Positions 11,860 through 22,853 of a DNA stretch of 64,000 nucleotides are shown here, in pieces. The notes under the pieces are model-generated. The model saw only the letters and a list, made by a program, of their open reading frames with translations, searched no databases and was not told the origin of the DNA. The stretch lies in assembly GCF_964355755.1 (NCBI RefSeq), contig NC_092677.1, positions 7,152,101-7,216,100 of the forward strand. Reading direction: 5' to 3'. A program made the translations under genes and the position numbers. The DNA comes from Antedon mediterranea. Lineage: Eukaryota > Animalia > Echinodermata. Position 1 is the first letter of the stretch. The number at the start of each line of letters is the position of its first letter.

Positions 11860-13123
11860 ACCGCATGATAAGGAAACCAAAATAAAAAAGATAAATTTGC
11901 CAAATGCTAAAGAAGAAAGCTACAAAACTCTATGTAGACATGAACAGCAAGGTGCACGTGGTTGATGGAGGACGGCTTCTTCATCAGGTAAAATGGGCCA
12001 GCGGAGCAACTGTCAAGGCTATAGTTGATTCTTATGTCAGGTATGTTGACAACAAATTCAAGAGTGCTACCGTCATGTTTGATGACTACGGGGAAGAATC
12101 ATCAACGAAAGACCATGAGCATATACGCCGGATGGCTGGAAAGAAGGTTTCTCCGAACTTGAGTGTCACACTGGACCTGACTGTGTCATGTGATGAGAGG
12201 TATTCCTGGCAAATGAGAAGAACAAAGGAGCCTTAATCACGATGATATCTACAGAGAGGGCAAGACAGCATATCTGTACGCCAAGCAAAGGATGATGGTG
12301 ACACACTGATTGTTAGATCTGCAATGGATTTGGTCGTAGGTGTTAATTCCCCGGTTGTTGTTGTCGCCCAAGACAGTGATATTTTGATTTTGCTCTGCTA
12401 TCATAGACCTATCGACTGTACTAACTTGTATCTTCAAGCAGACTTTGATGGTCTTTACGACATCTCTACCATAGACATCAGTGACCGCGAGGAGTTCCTC
12501 TTCAAGTATGGCTGGTCTGGAAATGACACTGTTTCATGCATTCATGGACATACTAAATGTGCTCTTTACAAATCCAAATTTCCTGCCTGTGTCATCACAA
12601 CATTTACATGTACCACTTCACCTGTCTCACAAATTTGAACAGCCGGATCAAAGGCAATGCAGATCACATATGGCTGTGGGGATACTCCTCTTGAAAAGCC
12701 TCGCTATCTTAAGTTCAAGAAGCAAGCAGCCAAAGGAAAGATCAATCCTGACCGTCTACCACCAACGGAATATGCAACCGCTCAACATTCCCTGCGTGTT
12801 CATCTTCAAGTTGGGATATGGAGGCATCTGAACACCTCGGTTCTTGAACCCAAAGGAAGAGGATGGGAATTAGACTCCAACAGAAAACTTAAACCTAAGA
12901 TGCTCTCTTGTGGTATTGCGCCAGACAACCTTCTCAAAGGAATCTGCTGCAATTGCAAGGAAGGCGAAAGGCAATGCCAAACCATGAGATGCAGCTGCAT
13001 GAAAGCTGGCATGTCGTGTGTATCATATCTGCATGTGGTGTGTGCAGTGGACATTGCGAGAATGGAAAGGATAACACAGATGCAGAAGAACTAATTGACA
13101 GCGAAGAAGAGGAAGCACTATAA
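11860..13123 (+). pseudogene. Academ transposase C-terminal region (XPG/PIN-like nuclease + Cys8 zinc finger), disrupted
   Basis: Consecutive ORF pieces give VVDGGRLLH, VMFDDY, KDHEHIRR, DDGDTLIV, AQDSDILILL, GWSGNDTVS, RLPPT..QHSLRVHLQ..W and CCNC..C..CSC..C..CGVC. There is a frameshift near 12195, a stop at 12636-12638 and a 4-5 bp insertion near 13025. Confidence 0.82.
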
Positions 13124-15539
13124 TTATTAATTTAATTTGTTTTGGTGATAGTTACTGTAAGTTATTATCAGCATTATCTTGACCTTGTATTTGGTGGTCA
13201 AGACTTGGTTTAGGGTCATTATCAAATTTAGTTTGACCGTTTTATTCTGTGCGTTTTGACACCATGTACGCCTCAATAAGCCAAAGTTAATGTTTTGGGG
13301 ATTTTTGTTAATTTAAAAAAAAAACAATCACTAATAATAGCACATGTTCATGATAGAATAAATACTTTTGACCTTTGACCTCTTTTTTTAAGTTGTTTGT
13401 TTTTCTTCCAAGTTTTCTTCCTTTTTTTTCTGCATATTTTAACATCAATATACCATTATGTTGCTGAAATATCAATTATATGCCATTTTATGTAGAAAAT
13501 TTGACCTTTTGACCTTTGACCTCATTTTTAGTGGTCAAGATTTGATCCAAAGACATGACTTTTATTTTAAGTGTTATTCCTTTTTTAATTCTGCACATTT
13601 TGACACCAATTTTACTTAGATACCATATTCTGGTGACGAAATATGATTCATACAATAATTATAGCTATTTGGCAATGGTCAATGAACTTTGACCTCCGAT
13701 AAAAAATTTTCCCCAGCCCCTATCTTCCCTTCTTTTTTTTTGGTAGTTGTCCATACCCATACCTACCAAAATCAGTTGAAATTAGCTTCTTTTAAATTTT
13801 TTCACAGATTTGCTCAATATATGGCTAATTTAGGGATACTATATAATGAATATAAATATGGGTCTTCTGAGTATTTTGACACCAATTTCGCTTATGTACT
13901 CCTATCGATCACCAAGATGTCTATAAAATTAAAATATGCTTAGGTCAATAGTTCAAAGGTCAGAATAGAAGGTGTCTAAAGGAATTTAGTATTTTTCTTT
14001 CATTAGAGTGAATAGAAAGTTGGGCATTCTGAATAATTTGGGACAATTTTGAACTCTCAACGGCCAGTCGTTGATGAGATATTGAGATAATCCAAATTTA
14101 TGGTCAAAGGTCAAAACAGGCATTTCCGGTCATTTTTTTAAAAACTTCTCCATTACAGTGAATATAAATATTGGTCTTCTGAGTATTTTGACACCAAAAT
14201 TGTTTACTTACACCTACTGGTTGTCAAAATATGGTAAATAATGTTAAGATGGCCGCCATTTTGAAAAAATGGCCCAATCAGGTTGAAGCACAACGGGGAA
14301 ACCCGGGGACTTTTAGTATGTTGTTCCAGACAACATTGGGGACCTATCCTGAAAAATTCAGCTTTAGCATATTTATTTCTACCTTTGGCCCTTTTTTTGT
14401 CTAATACTCCTGGACTATGGGTTTCAGACGGAGTTTTGACTTAATATTTGTAAAAAGATAAATATTTTGGCACATATGGCGTTTCATACGTATACTACTT
14501 AAGCTTATAAACTCCGTCTGGGAAAACACGTACGTACGTACGTGGTTTGACCAGCAACTCCCTGGTTTGACACCAATAATTCTTGGTGCATGCGATTATT
14601 CGGTTCACTAGTTTCAGCGGCATGCGATTGGCTACTTACTCTAAATTATTTTAGAAATTTAAGATTCAACAACTAAGATGATATGCGCATTCGCTATGTT
14701 ACGTTTAGACGATGTGGAGACGTACACACAAGTGATGTGTGATTTACCAGTCGCGGATTTAGATTTTCACGAGGTGTCCCCAACTTATGTACGAAAAGAA
14801 ATATCGCGGCCCGCCCAATAGTAAAGCTGTGTTTATTTTTGACGACAGCTTTCCATGCTTCGCGTGTCCCACTAGTGAATACTGAAAAGGTGATTTTCTG
14901 CGAATAATTTACCAGATTTAAGCAGTTTTCACCGGTTTTTACACATTCCAACCCAGCCATATTATTGTTATTCGAGACAATGTGTAAATCTGCTATTAAA
15001 TCCACCACACTCATGTGTTCTATCAAAACTGCCCTTACCTCAGCTTTCAGGATCAGTTCACTAATGTTCTTGGCAAACTCTATTTAAAATAGAATAGAAT
15101 CAACGTGGGCAAAGATGACGACGTAGAATGGCGCTAGGACAAGCTTTGCTTATACCTATATTTAGCCTTAAAGGACAACTTTACCGAGAACCATATTACG
15201 TACTATTAGGGATGTACAATTGATTTCAGAACAATTGCAAGATTTACGATATCGTCGCGCGCGCTCGCAGTACAGCCGTCGCCGTAAATAGCTGTGACGT
15301 CAAATGTGGTTAGCAAGTTTTCACTGTTGTTAACACCCCTCATTTCAATTGCTAATTTCACCTGCATTAGGCTAAATTTGCCAAAATGTTTAGTCTGAAG
15401 AAACACTTCAATATCATCCAGATAGGCAAAAGAAATAATGACAAAGTTAACATTTATATTTTTACGAAGTATTTTTATTTTATTTTTATTTTATGTCTAG
15501 GCACTGTGGCCAAGGATTACCAATAGTGAATTAATCACT

Positions 15540-15752
15540 GTCCTATCAGATAGGTGGTAATCCCCCTGATACAGAGGCTATTGTGTGAACCAGTTCACCG
15601 GGGTAACCCCCTACTCTTTTTCGAATAATGAACTGGGTTCTTTAAAGTACATACAGGTTATAACTGTGTACACTGGACCTACGGTTTATAGTCCTTATCC
15701 GAGAAGACTTGTTCCACCACCAGAACTAGGAGCGAGTCGGCCTCGAACCCTT
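15540..15752 (-). mobile_element. tRNA-derived Deu-domain SINE, partial
   Basis: Near-identical to 40070-40228 (GGATAAGGACTATAAACCGTAGGTCC core, AGGGGGTTACCCCGGTG). Confidence 0.75.
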
Positions 15753-15971
15753 GTAAGTACGTATGTTTACTAGACATTTTCGCGCTTTGCCAGACTTGTC
15801 TATTGACATGACCCGATAGAGGGGCTAGAAATATGACGTATGTTGCTCTGTGGAATCATTCAATCATATCGCACTAAAAACTGTTTTAATACGATCGCGA
15901 TGATTTGGTGAATAAAGAAGATGGTATTTATAGTAATCCACCGGCCTAACCCTTGTACCCAAATACGATAC

Positions 15972-17856
15972 CAGGGGTGGCGCCAGGATCTTACCGACGC
16001 GGGGGCTACATTCCCCGACGAGGGGGCTATGCGAGCGAAGCAAGCATCACACGGCTGGGGGACAGGGGCCGCCAAGGGCCCCCGGTGGGGGTCCAGGGGG
16101 CGAAGCCCCCGGAAGCAACGCGTTCTAGCGTCATTTGAGGTCATTTTAATCAGATTTAGGGTAGCCATTTTTTTCCATTTTTTATAATGCATAAATAAAA
16201 TACTGCGTGCGAAAAAAACGGTGCGCGATGACTGTTTCAATCCATATTTTTCAATTTAAAAAATAAAAGTTCAAAGAAAATTTAGAAAAATAGAGTTGGA
16301 GGTCCTGGAAATTGGACTTCAAAACATGAAACAAAATATATAAGTCCCTATCATGGTTGTGACTGAGCTAAGAAATGTTTGAAAAATAGAGATGTTAGGT
16401 CCCGGAAAATGCACTTCTTGTACTTCGAAATATGACCAGCTTTATTGTTGGGGATGAGCTAAGAAAATGTTTAAAACTAGAGCTGCATTTTATACTTTGG
16501 AAACATCAGGCCCAGAGGCTTAAAAAACGCAAGCGTAGACCTTTTCAGTCGGGGAAATAAGTTTATTTCTCCAAAGTGTATGCCTGCGTACCATCTGGAC
16601 TTCCGAGTGGTGAGAAATTCATGACATACAGGACATTGAAAATTTAATAACTTAGCTATAATAAGATGTTGGCTAAGCGAAAATGGCATGTTTTTTTGTT
16701 TAGTAATGGATGAAATATTTATTTTAGGTGCCCCACGTTACAGAAGGTTACTTGTAAATTAAAAAATTGGTGAACATACGAACAATTAACATAATTCGTT
16801 TTTGCTGTAGTGTAGCGTCGTCGACACAGTACACGACGTAACCGTTCGTAAACTTCGCCTGGAAAATAACTACAGTACACATTTTGGTCCCTGGACGGAA
16901 CATGATATCACGACCCAACGTTGAACGATTCGTACAAAGGAATACCGCCAGACAAGTGCGTACCTATAGCTATTGTTTAGTAGTAAGTTAGATCGCTGGC
17001 GATAATGAATGCATATAAAGTGCATAATATCACTCTGACGTACTCTCACGGTCAATGAAACGTCGAGGTTTTCTAGGCGCTGAAGCTACGAAGTGAACGC
17101 GAACAAATTATATTCCCCGACAAAAAGTACCCGAACCGTCGGTAAACTTCGCCTGGAAAATAACTACATTACACATTTTGGTCCCTGGATGGAACTTGAT
17201 ATCACCCGTCTCGACCCAACGTTGAACGATTCGTACAAAGGGATACCGCCAGACAAGTGCGTACCTAGCTAATGTTTAGTAGTAAGTTAGATCGCTGGCA
17301 ATAATGAATGCATATAAATTGCATAATAGCACTCTGACGTACTCTCACGGTCGGTCAATGAGACGTCGCGGTTTTCTAGGCGCTGAAGCTACCAAGTGAA
17401 CGCGAACGTTTTTTAACTGTATATTATATTCCCCGACAAAAAGTACCCGTGTTCCCTTCGGTAACCGTCGGTAAACTTCGCCTGGAAAATAACTACATTA
17501 CACATTTTGGTCCCTGGATGGAACATGATATCACGCGTCTCGACCCAACGGTGAACGATTCGTACAAAGGGATACCGCCAAACAAGTGCGTAGGCCTACT
17601 AGCTATTGTTTAGTAGTTAGATCTCTGGCAATAATGAATGCATAAAAGTGCATAATAGCCCTCTGACGTACTCTCACGGTCAATGGAACGTCGTGGTTTT
17701 CTAGGCGCTGAAGCTATATGAAGTGAACGCGAACGTTTTTTACTGTATATTATAATATTCCCCGACAAAAAGTACCCGTGTTCCCCGACGGGGGGGCTAG
17801 GCTCCCCGACGAGGGGGCTAGAGCCCCCGTAGCCCCCCCCGCTGGCGCCACCACTG
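15972..17856. mobile_element. Non-autonomous hAT-type DNA transposon, 1885 bp
   Basis: TIRs are CAGGGGTGGCGCCAG / CTGGCGCCACCACTG. There is a perfect 8-bp TSD TACGATAC (15964-15971, 17857-17864) and CCGACG-GGGGGCTA subterminal motifs at both ends. No transposase ORF is present. Confidence 0.9.
16838..17785. repeat. Three tandem ~295-325 bp units inside the hAT element
   Basis: AACCGT(T)CG(G)TAAACTTCGCCTGGAAAATAACTACA recurs at ~16840, ~17134 and ~17463. Confidence 0.9.
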
Positions 17857-17857
17857 T

Positions 17858-18241
17858 ACGATACTATAAGTAAATTGTAAAAATGTATGATCTTCTCTCT
17901 GTCATGGTCTTAGCTTTAGAAACATCCATCAGCAGAGGGCGACATTGACAAAAATAATTATACAAATTTGTTCGGTATTTAGATTTTGTTATTTTGTTTT
18001 CGGTTTGTTTTAGGTTATTTTCGGCAATTAGACTGACCGCGGTAAAGTTGTCATTTAAGACGATACTAAGTAAATTATAAAAATTCATGATGTTCTCTCT
18101 GTAATGGTCTTAGCTTTAGAAACATCCATCAGTAGAGGGCGACATTAACAAAAATAATAATACAAATTTGTTTGGTATTTAGATTTTGTTTTCGGTTTGT
18201 TTTTGGTTATTTTCGATAATTAGACTGACCGCGGTAAAGTT
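17858..18241. repeat. Tandem duplication, ~200-bp unit x2
   Basis: ACGATACT..GGTCTTAGCTTTAGAAACATCCATCAG..GACCGCGGTAAAGTT occurs at 17858-18049 and 18060-18241. Confidence 0.85.
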
Positions 18242-20621
18242 CCATCCATTAGCGAATAATATATTATATTCGCGGGAATATTAATACGCATGCGCATTAG
18301 TGAACACGTTTATGCCTAATATCATTTGTGACCAGTTGATCTTTTTTATTTTGATGAAAAGACGACATAAATTAAATGAATATAGGCCTATATTTCGTCT
18401 AGTGGAAAACCGGCTTAAAAGACTGATTTCCCATAGGCCAAGGGCCGTATGAATTATCCCTAGTCCTGACCTTTCTTTTAGTTTCAATGCTTTTCTTTAT
18501 TTCTCTACCTTTAAGCATTCGTAACTTTTACAATTTCTTCTCCTTTAAATCTCTTTTAAAAAACATCTCTTTCTCTCTCTCTAAATTACTGAAAAAATGA
18601 CAATGCTGTGGGTATCAGTGGCTGGATCTCAATGGAGATACAAAATAAAAGCGAAAAGCTAAATCAAAACGAGAAGTAAAACAGCCAGAAAAGTTTGTTT
18701 CTTTGTTAATTTTTTGTTTTTATAGTTTATTTTGTATTTACTGTTTGTATTTGAGGGTCCCTAATGATCAGCGTATGCTGGATGGATCACCCTCATTAAA
18801 TATTTTTCAAATAATAGCGAATATTATATTAATCGTTTGAGTTCTGATTGGTAGATTGCATATATTAATATGCATATCACACTGTCGAATCCCTCTAACA
18901 TTCTCTATAAATTTACCACTGCTCGAGCGTTTCATACGTAGTACATCAGCTTGAAATTACAGACAAAAATCGAAACGCTGACTAGAATATTAGACATAAA
19001 ATAACAGATTAAAATACTTAATAATAATAACTATGTTACTCATGTTACTAACATCATAATGAAAAAAAAAGAAAACATTCAAACAGCTTCTCGCGAGCTA
19101 CCTCGATGAGGGGTTAAATTTGATGAGGCTATTGCTAGCCTATTTGTAAAATTGTCACACTTTAGTAGCTAGTATCGTAACACAGTTTAGAACACACACA
19201 TAAATATTATTATTGTAATTTAATGATTGTGAGTCACATGTGTTTGATTAAAAAACGCCGTTAAACGATCTTGTGATGTTTTTTTTTTGTGCAAAAAAAA
19301 TCTTCTCTCATCGAAACTCAACTGTGAACATCCCTGAAATAATACTACATTAAACAAAATAGCTCAACCAGAATTACCATTTTTGTAGAACGATATGTAC
19401 AAATTAAAAAAGTAGGGCTAGTAAGAATATTACCGGTGTATGTTTCGGTTGTTGAAATATTAGGCAGGTATAGCTATACAAAAATAATGAATGTCTTGGT
19501 ATTGGAGTTTGAGTATATTTCATTGATCGTTGAAGGAGACTGTTATATTTCATTCGGTTGCAGCCCCGTTATATCAGTCAATCTTTAAACTCATGTAATA
19601 TTCTCCACCATCAAACTCAAACATTTAACATTTTGAAGTTATAAGGTCAAATAAATATGTGAACAAGGAAATCCCTTCCACAAAATTGTTTTCCTTTGAT
19701 ATAAGACAAATGTCGCCCTCTATGACCAAGTAGTTCATACCATAAAACTATTATTTGCAATAAGTGTATGATATGTAAATTTCAGTTTTATTTATTTTCG
19801 AATTTATTAAATTTTATTCTAATCCTACAGGATATGCTCTTAAATTATCAATCAGTCAGTAGATGATTATTTTAAAAGATTTTAATTGACAATTTTATAA
19901 ATCTTTTTTACCACAATAATCTTATGAGTAATCGTTACTAGGGAAAATAGTTTTAAAAACCTCGATCTGTGACAAAAATAAGATCCAAGACTTAGAAGCA
20001 TTAAAGGAATCCGCATAGTTCGTGCCCGACAACGGCGTAGTCACATCCTTTTCTTTGGTAAGTTATACGAATCCGGTTAGAAGCAGGTTTACCGATCATT
20101 CCACACCTTATCAAATATGGCTTATATTCCTAATGATTGGCTTTTAGGGGAAAAGTGCTTGTCATCCTCTTTCAGAAGGTACCGGTACCGCTAAGATGTC
20201 GTTGTAAACCTTACCGTTGTACATCTACAATGACAGAAAGACAATATTAAAAGATACGCACTGTCACTATACATCTGAGCAGCTCATATCCCACAACGAA
20301 CATCAGATTGTTTTGGTTGTTTATAAAACATTAAAATAAAACCAAACTTTTGATAATTTCTAGTTTGAGTTTATTTTTCTCGGCACAAAAAAAAACACCA
20401 ACAGCTTTTTTTTATATTTAATCAACCAGTCCTGTTTATCTGACATGACTATTTTTTTCTTTTAAATTACGTTTTCATTATATGCGTTGAACATTTTTTT
20501 ATCTAAGTTTTGGTCAATGTGACTAGGCCTATAACTATTTCCAATACAAATGTGTTTATCACTTTTTTTTTTCAGGGCGCAATATATTGATGATAATAAA
20601 TGAAATGTATCATTGAACATT

Positions 20622-20800
20622 TATATAAACCGTAGGTCCAGTGTACACATCTGGCTCATGTGCACTTTAAAGAACCTAGTACATCTTTCGAGACGAGTAG
20701 GGGGTTACCCCGGTGTACTAATCTACACACAGTCACTCATCAAGAGGGCCGGCCCCTTGATTGTCAGCATATAAATAAGGTGTAATAGAAAATAAAAATC
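20622..20800 (+). mobile_element. Deu-domain SINE, 5'-truncated copy
   Basis: TATAAACCGTAGGTCCAGTGTACAC...GTGCACTTTAAAGAACCTAGTACATCTTTCGAGACGAGTAGGGGGTTACCCCGGTG matches the reverse complement of 40070-40165. Confidence 0.75.
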
Positions 20801-21409
20801 AAATAAAACGGAGTTGGTATTAATTTTATTTTACTATTAAGGAAGTAAAGGAAGCCACCCGAAATGACGAAAATGACCACGTCCACCACCGCCTCAACAC
20901 TATCCTGGTCGTGTCTCCGGGATGCATGATTTGACGTCACCATTCTAGGAACCTAGTGTGCAGGAATGAAAACTTTCAAATTAATTACCTCAGTTATAAG
21001 TTTGAAATATATAATAGTATTTATTTTCATTGGTATATAGGCCTAAATCCAAAGGCAAATTACTGAAAAATGACAATGCAGCGCAGTAGCTGGATCTCAA
21101 TGGAAATACCAAATAAGCAAAAAAGTATAATATAACAGCCAGAATAATTAGAAGAGGTTTCAGGCAACAATAGCCCTTCATATCAGGGCAAGTAAGGACA
21201 AAGTAGAGAGTATAAACCACCTGAAACATTTATATAACTATATCTTATTCTGTTTAACTGTAATATTCTTTGTAATGACTATAATTGATGTAAATTACAA
21301 GATGAATTGAATTGCAATTGAAATAAATATACATTTTGTTCCAACGAAATGCCCAAAAAGCACATTCACATCACTATGGCGCGCCAAGCTGTAATGTATT
21401 TGGAAATAA

Positions 21410-21850
21410 AGATATCTTAGTTTAAAACTAAGATATCTCTATTAAAAACTAAGATATCTCTATTAAAAACTAAGATATCTCTATTAAAAACTAAGATATC
21501 TCTATTAAAAACTAAGATATCTCTATTAAAAACTAAGATATCTCTATTAAAAACTAAGATATCTCTATTAAAAACTAAGATATCTCTATTAAAAACTAAG
21601 ATATCTCTATTTAAAACTAAGATATCTCTATTTAAAACTAAGATATCTCTATTTAAAACTAAGATATCTCTATTTAAAACTAAGATATCTCTATTTAAAA
21701 CTAAGATATCTCTATTTAAAACTAAGATATCTCTATTTAAAACTAAGATATCTCTATTTAAAACTAAGATATCTCTATTAAAAACTAAGATATCTCTATT
21801 AAAAACTAAGATATCTTTATTTAAAACTAAGATATCTCTATCTAAAACTT
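21410..21850. repeat. 21-bp minisatellite (AAAACTAAGATATCTCTATTW), ~20-21 copies
   Basis: Head-to-tail units without spacers, with two single-base variants arranged in blocks. Confidence 0.97.
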
Positions 21851-22853
21851 TTAAATAGAGCAATCTCTATTAATAGAAGAGAAGTCTATGCACCGTACGT
21901 GATTGTTTTGTTAGAATGGAGAATTTTCAACAAGTTGCCGAAAGAAAAAGACTGTCCACTAGGAAGTAAACAAATACTGTCGTACAGTTTGGGTTACTAT
22001 TCTTTGAATGTGTTTTTAGGGTGGATTGTTGAATACATTTATTAATATAATAGAGAGGAGTAACCAATAGACTAGTGGGTTAATAACTATAATTGCTAGT
22101 CAAATAATGGTCATACACTGCAGCCAACTTGTATATATTATAATATATACACTTTTATATTGCAGTATATTTTAAATAAATCAATTATGGATTCGTGAAT
22201 GGATTTTGTAATAAAATCCCTTGCCTTCATGTGACGCAATAAGCAAATTCTACAAAATGTTTCCTCGAAAAGAGCTGATTATGCGGTTGCTTGCAAACCG
22301 AAAGATAGACATTATTTTTTCACGAACCAATAATGTAGTTAAAATCATTTGGTAAATCTGTAACGAGATGGATACTGTACACAAAAACAATAGAGCTAAA
22401 GGTAAAATGTCACAAAATCTGTTTTATTTACAATATATGATTAATTAAAACAAAATAAATACTATAATATTGTATTGATAAATAGTCAAGTTAAAAATTG
22501 TCATATGCAGCGAGCAACAGCTTTTAAAATATTTCCAGCATATTAAAATAACTATTACTATAAAAACAAACGAGCTGATACAAATGCTAGCAGTTCAACT
22601 GCGTATAAGCCTACATTGTTGTAACCCCAATCCCCAAAATGTGGTGCCGAACCCCATTAAAATAAATTATTTAGGCCTACTGTGTCGTCAGTGATAATTC
22701 CGATTAGTAACTTAAAATTTACCAAGTTGTACTTTTAATTCTGGATAGACACACATTTAGTTTAATTTGTAAATGTAGCACAGTATCTGATAGCACAGGC
22801 TGTAGCACACGGTTGTGGTTAAGCGAATTTAAAAGTTCTGTTTTAACATGGTT

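Larger units (their letters stand above)
7401..14417 (+). mobile_element. Academ (AcademX-type) DNA transposon, non-autonomous rearranged derivative, 7017 bp
   Basis: Termini are TAGTCCAGGAGTATTAGAC...GTCTAATACTCCTGGACTA. TIRs are ~570 bp (7401-~7966 vs ~13845-14417, with one indel ~20 bp from the end). TGG is duplicated at 7398-7400 and 14418-14420. Internal XPG/PIN-like and Cys8 coding remnants are present. TAG..CTA ends, a 3-4 bp TSD and XPG+Cys8 domains are established Academ hallmarks. Confidence 0.85.

Noticed and set aside
12900-13060. Host tesmin/LIN54 or metallothionein-like gene from the Cys-rich ORF
   Set aside because: It lies within TIRs, is contiguous with the XPG-like remnant and is frameshifted, so it is the transposon Cys8 finger.
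7401-14417. Tc1/mariner assignment based on flanking TA
   Set aside because: Empty-site paralogues show TA belongs to the element and TGG is the duplication; the XPG+Cys8 remnants point to Academ.
14694-15026. 110-aa minus-strand ORF
   Set aside because: No recognisable domain or splice partners; likely chance or a decayed repeat.
21417-21863. 148-aa ORF of (RDILVLN/RDILVFN)n
   Set aside because: It is a stop-free frame of a 21-bp minisatellite, with no splice or promoter context.
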